57,418 bases of DNA, taken from positions 1 to 57,418 of the forward strand of contig CASFKR010000006.1 of assembly GCA_949295265.1 (NCBI GenBank), written 5' to 3'. Made by a program: the position numbers and the translations under genes. The notes beneath the pieces were generated by a model that was given only the letters and a program-made list of their open reading frames with translations, was not told where the DNA came from and made no database searches. This DNA comes from an uncultured Verrucomicrobiota bacterium (GTDB lineage: Bacteria; Verrucomicrobiota; Kiritimatiellia; RFP12; UBA3636). This document shows, piece after piece, positions 41,313 to 50,636 of this stretch. Within the stretch, counting starts at the first letter, position 1; each line of letters opens with the position of its first letter.

Positions 41313-42728
41313 TCACCGGGCGGGGGTGTGGGAGCGGAGCCAGTCGTCGAGAAAGCGGAGCCCGGCTTCGCGGGTCTGAAAGAGACCCGAAATCTGCGCA
41401 TCGAAGCAGGCGTCGAGAATCGGTTTGAAGGCGGGCCCGGGGGCCATGCCGCGCGCAATCAGGTCGCGCCCGAGCACCAGCGGCTCCGGCGGAGAAGCCG
41501 CAATGGACAGCTCCGCCGTCTTTTCGCGGAACCGCTTCACGAGATCCAGCCGCTCCGGCGGCGCCAGCGTAGCCCGGATGTCGCATTCCACCAGATCCGC
41601 CAGCAGGTCGAGCCGCACGACCTCGAGCGACAGCCGCCGGTAGGCTTTGGGTCCGCATGCATCCAGCACCATTCGCACCGGGCGCATGTGCGCGCGCACG
41701 AGGCGCACGACCTGCTGCACGAGTTTGGGCTGGTTCCAGAGGCGCGACACGAACCGCTCCACCAGCGGCAACCCTTCGACTTCGTGTCCGTAGCTTACGA
41801 GGGTGCCGCGCGGACCTGTCCGGGTCGTCAGCGGCTTGCCCACGTCGTGCGTCAGCGCCGCCAACGTCAGCAGGAGGTTATCCTCGCGGTTTTCCCGGCG
41901 CAACGCTACCGCGGCATCGAGTGCGAGACACGTGTGGCGCCACACGTCGCCCTCCGGATGGAAGGCGGGGTTCTGCGGACAGCCGATCATCGCCTCGAGC
42001 TCAGGATAGCCGTGAATCCAGCCGCAGGCACGCAAAAATTCGAGACCCCGGGATGGCTTTTCGCCCTGCAGCAGGAGTTTTTCCCATTCGGCGGCCAGCC
42101 GCTCGAACGGGAGCGCATCCTGCGGCATCGTTGCGCACAGCGCCACCGTCTCCGGGGCCGCCGTGAGCGGAAAGCGCGCCAGAAATTGCATTGCGCGCAG
42201 GACGCGCAGCGGGTCCTCGGAGAAATGGTCGCTCACATGCCGCAAAATGCCGCGCGCGAGGTCCGCGCGCCCGCCCCAGGGGTCGACCACTTCGCCGGTC
42301 AGCGGATCGAGCAGAATGGCGTTAATCGTGAAATCGCGCCGCGCAGCCGCTTCGCGGACCGGCATCTGGGGATCGGCGGCAATCGCAAAATCGCGATGCC
42401 CGCGCCCGATGAGATTCTCGCGGCGCGGCAAGGCGATATCGATGTCGTGATGCGAGAGCTTGACGACCCCGAAGCTGGCGCCGACCTGGTTGAGCGTCCA
42501 GCGGGACGAAAGCAGGGCGAGCAGCGCATCGGGTGCGATGCCGTAGATTTCGACGTCGAAATCGTGCACCGGCACGCCGCGCAGCGCATCGCGCACGCAA
42601 CCGCCGACGAGCAGGGCGCGGCCGCCCCGGTCCCGCACGCATTGCGCCACTGCGCGGACGCATGCGAAATCTTCCGGCGCGGAGCGAGCCAGCGCGGAAA
42701 GCAGCGAATCGGAGGAGGACGGCAACAT
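41313..42728 (-). CDS. cca: CCA-adding enzyme / tRNA nucleotidyltransferase with an HD domain
   Basis: LLVGGCVRDALRGVPVHDFDVEIYG (pol-beta nucleotidyltransferase head), RRDFTINA, and HD motif AALTHDVGKP. Start placed at MLPSSSDSLL (42728). Confidence 0.85.
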   Translation of the reverse strand: MLPSSSDSLLSALARSAPEDFACVRAVAQCVRDRGGRALLVGGCVRDALRGVPVHDFDVEIYGIAPDALLALLSSRWTLNQVGASFGVVKLSHHDIDIALPRRENLIGRGHRDFAIAADPQMPVREAAARRDFTINAILLDPLTGEVVDPWGGRADLARGILRHVSDHFSEDPLRVLRAMQFLARFPLTAAPETVALCATMPQDALPFERLAAEWEKLLLQGEKPSRGLEFLRACGWIHGYPELEAMIGCPQNPAFHPEGDVWRHTCLALDAAVALRRENREDNLLLTLAALTHDVGKPLTTRTGPRGTLVSYGHEVEGLPLVERFVSRLWNQPKLVQQVVRLVRAHMRPVRMVLDACGPKAYRRLSLEVVRLDLLADLVECDIRATLAPPERLDLVKRFREKTAELSIAASPPEPLVLGRDLIARGMAPGPAFKPILDACFDAQISGLFQTREAGLRFLDDWLRSHTPAR

Positions 42729-42868
42729 GGCGGGAAACAGGAAAACGGAACGGCGGAATCCGGCGCGGGTGTGCGGGTGTGCAGGGCGGCGCGGACCGGG
42801 GAAAGCATCACGCAAACTGGTGCGGAAAACCCGGAAAAAACGGTGCGACCCCGCGCGGGGCGGCGCGG

Positions 42869-44047
42869 TCAGCGCTGCAGCGCTTCCGCGAGGCGCTGAC
42901 GCACCGCATCGGGCGCATAGCGCGCCACCGTGTAGCGGCGCCCCTGCTCCGCGAGGACGCGCGTAATCTCCGGATGATCCAGATACAGCAGAAGTTCTTC
43001 CTCAAACTGCGGATAATCGGCAAACCAGAGCCCGCCGTTGGACGACTCGCATTGCCAGCGCAGCACTTCGCCCTTCGCATGAACGAGTGCCGGGGTGCGC
43101 GCCAGCCAGGCTTCCAGCAACACGATGCTCAGGCTTTCATTGACGGACGGATGCACAAAGGCGACCGCGCCCGCCATCGCTTCGCGCTTTTCCTGCTCGC
43201 TCACAAAACCCAGATCGTGGAAGGCGGACTTGAGACCCGGCGGAATCTCCACTTCGCCCGAGCCGGTCATCACCAGATGCACGTCGCGCCCGGTGCGCTT
43301 CCGGAACGCGTCCATGTAATCGACGAGGATGGGCGTCCCCTTGAGTCCCTCGCGGCGGCCGCTGTAGATGACGTACGGGAAATCCCAGCCCTTGGCCGCA
43401 GCCAGGGCCGTCTTCGAAACTTCGAACGGCTCGAGCCCCATCGCCACGACCGCCTCCGTCTTCGGAGAAAGCGACGGCATCAGGCGATGGGCAAGCCTGC
43501 GCTCCGGCTCCGTGTTGAACAGGAAACCGCGGACCGCCAGAAAGGCCTCCTGCATCGCAGGCACCTTCGCAAAGGGCTCATCGTGAAAACAGGGCACGAG
43601 GAGCATCTGCTCCGGGACGGCCAGCGCCGCCTCGCGCACGAGCCCGAACAGGTACGGCCCGGCAATGACGCGGTCGTACCCCGCCGTCCGCAGATGCGCA
43701 ATGAGCGGCGTGGAATTGACGCTGTTGCGGATCCACGCCGCCTGATCCGCCGGCGACAGGGTTGCGCCCCGGGAAAGCGCCATCTGCAGGCGCAGAAACG
43801 TCCCCGGGTCGCGCGCATCCACGGGAAAGCGCCGCACCGTCATGCCGTCGCGCGCAAAGACGCCTTCCGGCAGCTCGTTTTCCCACGTGAAGTGGTTGCG
43901 CGCACAGGTGCAGAGAAAATCAACGCTGTGCCCCAGCCGGACCGCATCCTGCGCCAGACTGTACAGGAGCGTTTCGGCGCCACCCACGGTGCCGGGTTCA
44001 TGCAGACGCGGAGAAAGAAAGGCGATTTTCACGGAGGAACGGTCCAA
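42869..44047 (-). CDS. Glycosyltransferase, GT1/GT4 family
   Basis: KIAFLSPRLHEPGTVGGAETLLYSLA N-terminus and a C-terminal ESLSIVLLEAWLARTPALV (E-x7-E-like) motif. Confidence 0.8.
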   Translation of the reverse strand: MDRSSVKIAFLSPRLHEPGTVGGAETLLYSLAQDAVRLGHSVDFLCTCARNHFTWENELPEGVFARDGMTVRRFPVDARDPGTFLRLQMALSRGATLSPADQAAWIRNSVNSTPLIAHLRTAGYDRVIAGPYLFGLVREAALAVPEQMLLVPCFHDEPFAKVPAMQEAFLAVRGFLFNTEPERRLAHRLMPSLSPKTEAVVAMGLEPFEVSKTALAAAKGWDFPYVIYSGRREGLKGTPILVDYMDAFRKRTGRDVHLVMTGSGEVEIPPGLKSAFHDLGFVSEQEKREAMAGAVAFVHPSVNESLSIVLLEAWLARTPALVHAKGEVLRWQCESSNGGLWFADYPQFEEELLLYLDHPEITRVLAEQGRRYTVARYAPDAVRQRLAEALQR

Positions 44048-44074
44048 GGCTCGGGCGGGACTTCTGCCCCACCC

Positions 44075-44524
44075 TTATTTTCCGGCGGCAAGCTGCTTTT
44101 CGAGGGCTTCGATGCGCGCTTGCAGACGCTCGATTTCCCGGTTGTGGCGGCGGTTGATGCCCTCAATGCCTGCAAGGAGCACGTTGTTCGTCTGGTTCTG
44201 CTGACTCCACAGCCGGAACGTATAGAACTTGAGCAGTTTCCAGATGCTCTTTTTGAGCGCCTTGAGCAGCGGTGCGAAGCGCGCGCGGTGCTCGATGATT
44301 TCGAAGTCGTCGATATCCACGACGATGAGCTGGCGGAGACACGCGAGATAGCGCTCGACAAAATTCTCGTCATCCTGCATCGTCATGAGGTTGCTCCGCT
44401 CCGCGCGGGCCACGGCGGCGTCATCGTATGCGCCGTTCTTGCGCTTTTCGGCAACAGCCTGGAGGATTTCCTCCTCGAGTTTCTTTGCGTCGATGCCATC
44501 GGCGCCGATGGAGATGGTGGGCAT
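44075..44524 (-). CDS. Hypothetical protein with a coiled-coil C-terminus
   Basis: Start placed at MPTISIGADGIDAKKLEEEIL to avoid overlap with the upstream gene. No family recognised. Confidence 0.55.
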   Translation of the reverse strand: MPTISIGADGIDAKKLEEEILQAVAEKRKNGAYDDAAVARAERSNLMTMQDDENFVERYLACLRQLIVVDIDDFEIIEHRARFAPLLKALKKSIWKLLKFYTFRLWSQQNQTNNVLLAGIEGINRRHNREIERLQARIEALEKQLAAGK

Positions 44525-44571
44525 AGCGGGAAAAAGATAGCGGATGAAAAACGGAGGGCGCGCCGCAGGGC

Positions 44572-45210
44572 TCAGGCCAGATCGAGCACTTGCAGGAAGG
44601 GATTGACGCGGCATTCACGCCCGATGCTCGTGGCAGGGCCGTGGCCGGGATAGACCGGCAGCGCGGGCGGCAGCGCGGCAAGGCGACGGAGCGATTTGCC
44701 CATGGCGGCGTTGTCCCCGCCCGGGAAATCCGTGCGCCCGATTGACCCGGCGAAGAGCGTATCGCCGGAAAACAGCACGTCCGTCTCTCCGTCCTTCACC
44801 TGGAAGCAGACGCTTCCCGGGGAGTGTCCGGGCGTTGCCAGCACCGTCACCGTTGCGGAGCCGAACATCAGGGTTTGTCCGTCCGTGAGGTCCTTGAGTT
44901 TTTCCGGCACCATCCCGACGGGCTGGTAGCACGGGATTTCATTTTGCGCGGTAAAGGCAAAACGCGCGTCCCCTGCCGCCAGATAAACGGGGACGGACCA
45001 CACCGCCAGCAGTTCCGTCAGCGCGCTGATGTGGTCGAGGTGGCCATGCGTCAGCAAAATGGCTTCCGGCGTGACCTTGGCCTCCAGCAAAGCGGCGCGG
45101 ATGCGCCCGGCGTCATCGCCCGGATCGATGATGACGGCCACGCCGTCACCACAATCACACACATAGCAGTTCGCCTGATATGCACCGGTTTCGAGGGTTA
45201 GCAGTTTCAT
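44572..45210 (-). CDS. MBL-fold metallo-hydrolase (glyoxalase II-like)
   Basis: LLTHGHLDHISAL (HxHxDH motif), TPGHSPGS, ending ..GHGPATSIGRE. Confidence 0.88.
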   Translation of the reverse strand: MKLLTLETGAYQANCYVCDCGDGVAVIIDPGDDAGRIRAALLEAKVTPEAILLTHGHLDHISALTELLAVWSVPVYLAAGDARFAFTAQNEIPCYQPVGMVPEKLKDLTDGQTLMFGSATVTVLATPGHSPGSVCFQVKDGETDVLFSGDTLFAGSIGRTDFPGGDNAAMGKSLRRLAALPPALPVYPGHGPATSIGRECRVNPFLQVLDLA

Positions 45211-45249
45211 GACTTCATCCTATCAAAAACCGGCCAAGAACCCAACCTG

Positions 45250-45420
45250 CACCAGGCTTATCCCGGATTTTTGAGCCACACGGAGGAAGGTTGTGAAACT
45301 CAGCCTCGCGATGAGTTAAGATAATTGAGCCACACGGAGTAGCCCCCTTCTAAAGTCTCCACTAACGTTCCGACCAAGGAGTCAAATAAGGACTTTTTCA
45401 CGGCGGCACAGCCGCCTGGA
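45250..45420 (-). repeat. Inverted copy of the 177-nt composite repeat (6081-6257)
   Basis: The reverse complement aligns end to end with 6081-6257. Confidence 0.9.
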
Positions 45421-45456
45421 GCGGAGCCAGCGCAGTGTTGTGGTCAGGTGTGGCGG

Positions 45457-45599
45457 CAAGCCGTCCTGTTCGTCGTGTCCGTCCTGTTCGTCGTGTTCGT
45501 CCTGTTCTCGGTAGCCGCCACACCGCCCCACTCCCAGTGGCCCCAGTAGCCCCAGTAGCCCCATCTGCCCCAGTAGCCCCAGTGACTCCAGTGGCCCCA
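45457..45599 (+). repeat. Two adjacent 9-nt periodic arrays: GTTCGTCGT/GTCCGTCCT units (45457-45508) and CCCAGTAGC units (45526-45599)
   Basis: ..GTCCTGTTCGTCGTGTCCGTCCTGTTCGTCGTGTTCGTCCTGTTC.. then CCCAGTGGC CCCAGTAGC CCCAGTAGC CCCATCTGC CCCAGTAGC CCCAGTGAC TCCAGTGGC. Confidence 0.9.
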
Positions 45600-45682
45600 T
45601 ACTGCGGCGGGACGTCACGTTGCTCCGCAGGTTGTGCGCTCGTAACGGCGGAGCCGACGGGGCGCGGGAACGGGCGGGTGCG

Positions 45683-45714
45683 AAAAAGGCGGCCGGGAAA
45701 CCCGACCGCCTTTT
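45683..45714 (-). terminator. Intrinsic (bidirectional-looking) terminator after the surface-protein gene
   Basis: GGCGGCCGGG-AAA-CCCGACCGCC stem flanked by A5 and T4. On the minus strand the hairpin is followed by TTTTT. Confidence 0.65.
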
Positions 45715-45744
45715 GTCCGCCGCAGCGGAAGAGTGTTACCCCGA

Positions 45745-47172
45745 TTACTTGAGGACAATGAACGTCATCGTCGGCGCTTCCGGCGTCTTGAGCGTATACA
45801 CCGTGTCGAGCACCGTGCCGTCAACACCATCATAGGTGAAGAACTGCACGTAGTAGAGGGTGTCGGCACGGGCATTGGTCATCTCATAAGAGTCGACCGA
45901 CTTGTCGAGCGCAAGCGGCGCCGACGCAGACCCGACCGCAATCGTGGCACCCGCACCCGCATAGACGGCATCCACAGACCGGAGGCGGATGTTCCCGTTT
46001 GCTTTCGTGGTGTAGACGAAGCGGAAGCGGCGGTAGCCCAGCGATTCATCGAACGTCAGCACCGTATCCCCGTTCACAATGTTGGCCGCACCGACAAAAT
46101 CCGAAATCAGGGTCCATGCGGGCGTATCCGATGTATCCGCCGTTGCATAGACGCTGAACTGCGCCGACGCTGTGGTGCTGTCGCTCACGCGTTCCTTGTT
46201 GATGTTGTAGGTGAGCCGGGTGACCGGGCTCGGATAGAGAGCGGTGATGATGCCTTCGCCGCTGTCGCCGAGCTGAAGCGAACCGTCGCTGTAGAAGGAC
46301 ACGCTGCCTTCCGCCTCCCAGAGCAGCGGAATCGTGCCCGCGAAGGTGCAGGTGTCGACGCCGCCCGTGGAGGTGTAATCATCTGCGCCGTACCAGATGC
46401 GGAGCCCGTAGCCGGAAGTCCGGAGCTGCGCGTCCGTCCAGTCGAGCTGGAAGTGATTGTACCCGACGTCGGAAATGGTCGGAACGACTTCCGCGAGATC
46501 ATCCACGGTGACCGTCACGGGAACGGCATGGGTGAAGGTCTCGGCACCGACGGCGGCCTGGAAGGTCACGGTGTAAGCGCCGACATCCTGCACCGTCGGC
46601 GTCCACGTGAAGGAGGTTCCATCGAAGGTCCCCTGCGAGGTCGCAGGCACCGGCGAAATCCCGGCGAGCGTTACAACGGCGGCCGTGCCGTCCGTCTTCA
46701 TCGCCGTCACCGTGAAGGAACCCGCCGTGCCGGCCGGAATCGCCACAGATGCGGGCGCGGTAAAGGTCGGCGCATTCTCGGAAACCTCGACCAGCGTCTG
46801 CTGGACGGTGATGGTGTCGAAAATGACCGCGCCATCCGGCTGCGCCGGGTCCAGCCGGAGCATGAAGCCCGTCGGGACATTCGTAAAGGAAAGCGTCTTG
46901 AAGTTCCCTTCCGCCGTGATATCGGCCGCTGCGGTGACGTTCGTCAGATTCGCGAGCGTCTGCGACTCCAGCGTGGCACCGGAGGCGTCCAGGATGGAAA
47001 CGATGGCGCCGTTGGCTTCTTCACGGGATTTGCACGCATAGAGCGTCACCGTGATGTCGGCCGTGGCAACGCCGTTCGTGAGCGTAATCGCCGGGCTCTG
47101 CGCCCAGCCTTTGTTCTCGGACCGCCTGACCGATCCATCCTGCGTGATCCGCGGTGTCGGAAAGGAATTCAC
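45745..47172 (-). CDS. Surface protein module 2: beta-sandwich, Ig-like repeats and an FN3-like C-terminal region
   Basis: 475-aa ORF. ..SENKGWAQSPAITLTNGVATADITVTLYACKS.. then repeats of the type FTAPASVAIPAGTAGSFTV / TFTWTPTVQDVGAYTVTF. No signal peptide at the annotated Met. Paralogous to 47021-48100. Confidence 0.7.
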   Translation of the reverse strand: MNSFPTPRITQDGSVRRSENKGWAQSPAITLTNGVATADITVTLYACKSREEANGAIVSILDASGATLESQTLANLTNVTAAADITAEGNFKTLSFTNVPTGFMLRLDPAQPDGAVIFDTITVQQTLVEVSENAPTFTAPASVAIPAGTAGSFTVTAMKTDGTAAVVTLAGISPVPATSQGTFDGTSFTWTPTVQDVGAYTVTFQAAVGAETFTHAVPVTVTVDDLAEVVPTISDVGYNHFQLDWTDAQLRTSGYGLRIWYGADDYTSTGGVDTCTFAGTIPLLWEAEGSVSFYSDGSLQLGDSGEGIITALYPSPVTRLTYNINKERVSDSTTASAQFSVYATADTSDTPAWTLISDFVGAANIVNGDTVLTFDESLGYRRFRFVYTTKANGNIRLRSVDAVYAGAGATIAVGSASAPLALDKSVDSYEMTNARADTLYYVQFFTYDGVDGTVLDTVYTLKTPEAPTMTFIVLK

Positions 47173-48100
47173 CGGGTTCCGAGCGGCTCGGGCTGACCAG
47201 CGCGGAGGATCCCATGGCGGTGGTGGAGAGATCGCTTCCGGAGAAGGTTTCGGTAAAGACCGTTTCCATCGGAACCGGAATTTCCACCGTAATGGTCACG
47301 GACTGCTGCCAGGTCGTGCCGTTGACAACCGTCTCGAAAATCAGCGTGTAAACCCCTTCATCCGCCTCAGTGGGCGTCCACGAAAGTGTGGAGCCAACGA
47401 ACGCCGGCTGTGCGGAGGCAGGCACCGGTGTGACAGACGCCAGCGTCACGGTGCAAACCGTTCCATCGACCTGAGCGGCACTGACCGTGAAGGAGGTTTC
47501 AACACCGGTTTCAAACGTTGCTTCGGTCGGTGCCGTGAAAACGGGCGCCGCGGACGCAACCGTCACAGGAACAACCTGCGTGTATGCCGCCCCGGAAACC
47601 ATTGTCTGGAACGTCAATTCATAGTCGCCGACTTCGGCCTCTGCGGGTGTCCACGAGAGCGTGGAGCCTTCCCAAGTGGGCGTTGTAGAGGCGGGAGTGG
47701 GCGAAACGGACGCCAGCGTGACGTCGAGAACGGTCACGCCATCGGAGGCGAGCGCACTCACGTCAAACGTACCGGCCTTACCGGCCACCAAGGTCACCGA
47801 TTCCGGCGCTGTGAACGACGGGGCATCACCCGTGCTTTCCGGGATGTCTTGCGTGACGGTGATGGTGTCGAGCACGACAGCGCCGTCATCCTGCGCCGGG
47901 TCGAACCGGAGCATGAAGCCCGTCGGAACATCCGTAAAGGTAAGCGTCTTGAAGTTGCCTTCCGCCGTAATTTCTGCGGCCGTGGAAACCAACGTCAGCC
48001 CCGAAAGCGTTTGCGAAGTCAGAGCCGTCCCGTCTGCATCCAGAATGGAGACGACGGCGTCGTTGGCAGCTTTACGGGATTTGCACGCATAGAGCGTCAC
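47021..48100 (-). CDS. Surface protein module 1 (Ig-like repeats). Its 3-prime part reads into the module-2 leader and ends out of frame.
   Basis: ..TLYACKSRKAANDAVVSILDADG.. and Ig-like repeats, then ..PVPMETVFTETFSGSDL.., which repeats the mature N-terminus of 48097-48384. The frame is not continuous with either neighbour. Confidence 0.55.
   Translation of the reverse strand: MTLYACKSRKAANDAVVSILDADGTALTSQTLSGLTLVSTAAEITAEGNFKTLTFTDVPTGFMLRFDPAQDDGAVVLDTITVTQDIPESTGDAPSFTAPESVTLVAGKAGTFDVSALASDGVTVLDVTLASVSPTPASTTPTWEGSTLSWTPAEAEVGDYELTFQTMVSGAAYTQVVPVTVASAAPVFTAPTEATFETGVETSFTVSAAQVDGTVCTVTLASVTPVPASAQPAFVGSTLSWTPTEADEGVYTLIFETVVNGTTWQQSVTITVEIPVPMETVFTETFSGSDLSTTAMGSSALVSPSRSEPGEFLSDTADHAGWIGQAVREQRLGAEPGDYAHERRCHGRHHGDALCVQIP
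47023..47124. repeat. 102-nt perfect direct repeat, copy 2
   Basis: Identical base for base to 48074-48175. The flanks are only partly similar. Confidence 0.95.
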
Positions 48101-48175
48101 CGTGATGTCGGCCGTGGCAACGCCGTTCGTGAGCGTAATCGCCGGGCTCTGCGCCCAGCCTTTGTTCTCGGACCG
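48074..48175. repeat. 102-nt perfect direct repeat, copy 1
   Basis: Identical base for base to 47023-47124. Confidence 0.95.
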
Positions 48176-48384
48176 GCATTGTCTGCCGTGTTAGCAGCAA
48201 AATTCTCGGCCGTCGTGCGGCTTGCAACCAGTCCAGTGGCGGCCATGGACGTAGTCCCTGCGAGCACACTTCCGGAAAAGGTCTCGGTAAAAATCGTTTC
48301 CGTTGCCGCAGAAGCGGTGGAGGCAACGGCAAGGGCTGCAAGCCCAAGCGAAAGGGTTCGTACGAAGGAATGGAAGGATTTCAT
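48097..48384 (-). CDS. Signal-peptide N-terminal segment of the surface-protein locus, frame-interrupted before the conserved block
   Basis: MKSFHSFVRTLSLGLAALAVASTASAATETIFTETFSGS.. After ..NTADNAG the frame departs from the conserved SENKGW frame. Confidence 0.5.
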   Translation of the reverse strand: MKSFHSFVRTLSLGLAALAVASTASAATETIFTETFSGSVLAGTTSMAATGLVASRTTAENFAANTADNAGPRTKAGRRARRLRSRTALPRPTSR

Positions 48385-48850
48385 GGAGAATCCAAGAGTA
48401 GTTCTGGGGAGAGCGACGAAAAATGCGGTAAGACGGCGAAAATCAGGCGCTTGCGCCTCTGGAGATGCCAGGAACTCATCCTTTGCGGAAGAAGACCCTT
48501 ACACTATTTCTTGTGTACGTGAATGTATTCTACCACAAAATGTATGGGGTCTTATCAGAAAAATGACGGTTGAATGCAAATTTCTCCAAGTCAGGCTCTG
48601 AAAAGGCTTTCTCCGGAAATTCCGGAATTTCGCGCGGGCGCAAAGACGGTTTTCGGCGTTCCGGAGAATATACTACCCGATTCCGCGCTTGAGAGGGTGT
48701 TCGGTTTTCGTGAGTTATCGGTTCCCTCCCCGTCAGAAAATCCGGGAATTTGGAATTTTTGTCTTGCTTTTTTGAAATAGAGGTGCGATTCTTGTCGCAC
48801 CGCTGAAGGTTCAGTCTTTTTCACACGACACGGATAATCGGAGAGCTTTT

Positions 48851-50527
48851 TTGAACATGTCCACCATACGCACGTTGTTGCTTGATGCCGCCCTGCAATG
48901 TCCCAACCGGACCTTTGTCCGCTGGAAGGCCGACAAAGTCTGGACGGAATGGACGTTTGCGGATTTGCTTTCGCGTGTCCGGTGTGTGGCGGAAACGCTC
49001 GCCGAGATGGATGTAAAGCCTGGCGACCGGTGCGCAATCATGATGGAAAACCGGGCCGAGTGGATGGCCACCTATCTGGGCATCGCCTGCTGCGGCGTTG
49101 TGGCGGTTCCTATCGATGCGCGGCTCCAGGCGATGGAAGTCTCGCACATTTTGCGCGACTCCGAAACGAAGGTCATTTTTGCGACAGGCTCCGTGTGGAC
49201 GCTCCTGCGCGACATTGAATCCGATTTGCGCAAGCTCGAGAGCATCGTCATGCTCGACGATATCGTGACGCAGACCTTCAAGGACAACGGGGTGCGCCAC
49301 TACGATTACAACCGGTTTCTTACGGATATGATTCCGAAAGCGGCCAAGCCGGATTCCTATTTCGACCGTCATGTTCCGGAACCGGAAAACACGGCTTCCA
49401 TCATTTACACCTCGGGAACGACCGGACGCTCCAAAGGCGCGGTGCTCTCCCACCGGAATTTTCTCTCGCAGGTCCGTGCGCTTGAGCAGTTTGAGGTCAC
49501 GCGGGAAGACAATTTCCTGCTGGTGCTGCCGCTCCATCACGGCTTTGCGTTTTCCGCATGCCTGCTGGTGCCGCTGGCGGCGCAGTGTTCCGTCTCCATC
49601 GTGGAAAATCTCCGCACGATTCCGGAAAACATGCGAGAAACGAGTCCCACGGTGCTGATTTCGGTTCCGCTGCTGGCGGAGAAGATGATGAACGCGATTG
49701 AGCGGAAGCTTTCGAAGAATCTCGTCGCAAAATCGCTGATTGCAGCGGGAATGGGTACACTGGTCGGCCGGAAGATCATCGGCAGTCTGGGCGGGCGGCT
49801 GCGGCTGGTCATCTGCGGCGGCGCACCTTCCGACCCCAAGATGCTGCGCGCCTGGAAGCGGCTGGGGATTCCGATTCTCGAAGGCTACGGTCTCACCGAA
49901 ACCTCGCCCATCTGCGCGGTCAATCCGCAACACCACATCCGACTGGGCACCGTGGGTCCTGCGGTTCCGGGCAACGAACTGCGCATTGCCGAGCCCAATG
50001 CGGAAGGCATCGGCGAAATCGAAGTGCGCGGGCCGTGCGTCATGAAGGGCTATTTCCGCAATGAAGCGGCGACCCGCGAGTGTTTCGACGGCGAGTGGTT
50101 CCGCACCGGCGACCTCGGCAAGCTCGACGGCGACGGGTATCTGACGATTACCGGACGCAAGAAGAACCTGATTGTGAACCGCGAGGGCAAGAACATCTAT
50201 CCGGAAGAGGTGGAGAATGTTCTCAATGCCTGTCCGCACATTCTCGAATCGCTCGTACTCGGCTACCACATCCCCGAAGAGGAAAAGGGCGAACACGTGG
50301 GCTGTATTCTCGTGGCCGACGTGGACCGGTTTGAGGAAGAGCGCAAATCCAGCACCGACTCTCCGCTTTCCGATGACCAAATCAAGGAAATCTGCCTCGG
50401 AGAAGTGCGCGCCGCGCTCAAGAAAATCGCCACCTACAAGCATCCGCGCCGGATGCAGGTCGTCTTCCAGCCTCTCCAAAAGACGCAGACCCTCAAAATC
50501 AAGCGCTATCTCTATTCTCTCGATTAG
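48851..50527 (+). CDS. Long-chain fatty acid--CoA ligase (AMP-dependent synthetase family)
   Basis: AMP-binding signature IIYTSGTTGRSKGAVLSHRN, then GYGLTETSP and TGDLGKLDGDGYLTITGRKK. Confidence 0.9.
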   Translation: MNMSTIRTLLLDAALQCPNRTFVRWKADKVWTEWTFADLLSRVRCVAETLAEMDVKPGDRCAIMMENRAEWMATYLGIACCGVVAVPIDARLQAMEVSHILRDSETKVIFATGSVWTLLRDIESDLRKLESIVMLDDIVTQTFKDNGVRHYDYNRFLTDMIPKAAKPDSYFDRHVPEPENTASIIYTSGTTGRSKGAVLSHRNFLSQVRALEQFEVTREDNFLLVLPLHHGFAFSACLLVPLAAQCSVSIVENLRTIPENMRETSPTVLISVPLLAEKMMNAIERKLSKNLVAKSLIAAGMGTLVGRKIIGSLGGRLRLVICGGAPSDPKMLRAWKRLGIPILEGYGLTETSPICAVNPQHHIRLGTVGPAVPGNELRIAEPNAEGIGEIEVRGPCVMKGYFRNEAATRECFDGEWFRTGDLGKLDGDGYLTITGRKKNLIVNREGKNIYPEEVENVLNACPHILESLVLGYHIPEEEKGEHVGCILVADVDRFEEERKSSTDSPLSDDQIKEICLGEVRAALKKIATYKHPRRMQVVFQPLQKTQTLKIKRYLYSLD

Positions 50528-50557
50528 CGCCCTGCCCTGTTCTCATAACAGCTTACC

Positions 50558-50594
50558 ACACGGAGGAGCCGCCGCCCCTCCGTGTTTCTTTTTC
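50558..50594 (+). terminator. Intrinsic terminator after the acyl-CoA ligase gene
   Basis: ACACGGAGG-(10 nt)-CCTCCGTGT followed by TTCTTTTTCC. The stem reuses the CACACGGAGG motif of the repeat family. Confidence 0.7.
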
Positions 50595-50636
50595 CTCCCG
50601 CACTGCCGCCCGGAGCCGACCGGAAAGGGGGGAGAT

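Noticed and set aside
47023-48175. Diversity-generating retroelement (template/variable repeat pair)
   Set aside because: The two 102-nt copies are identical rather than differing at adenines, and there is no reverse-transcriptase gene nearby.
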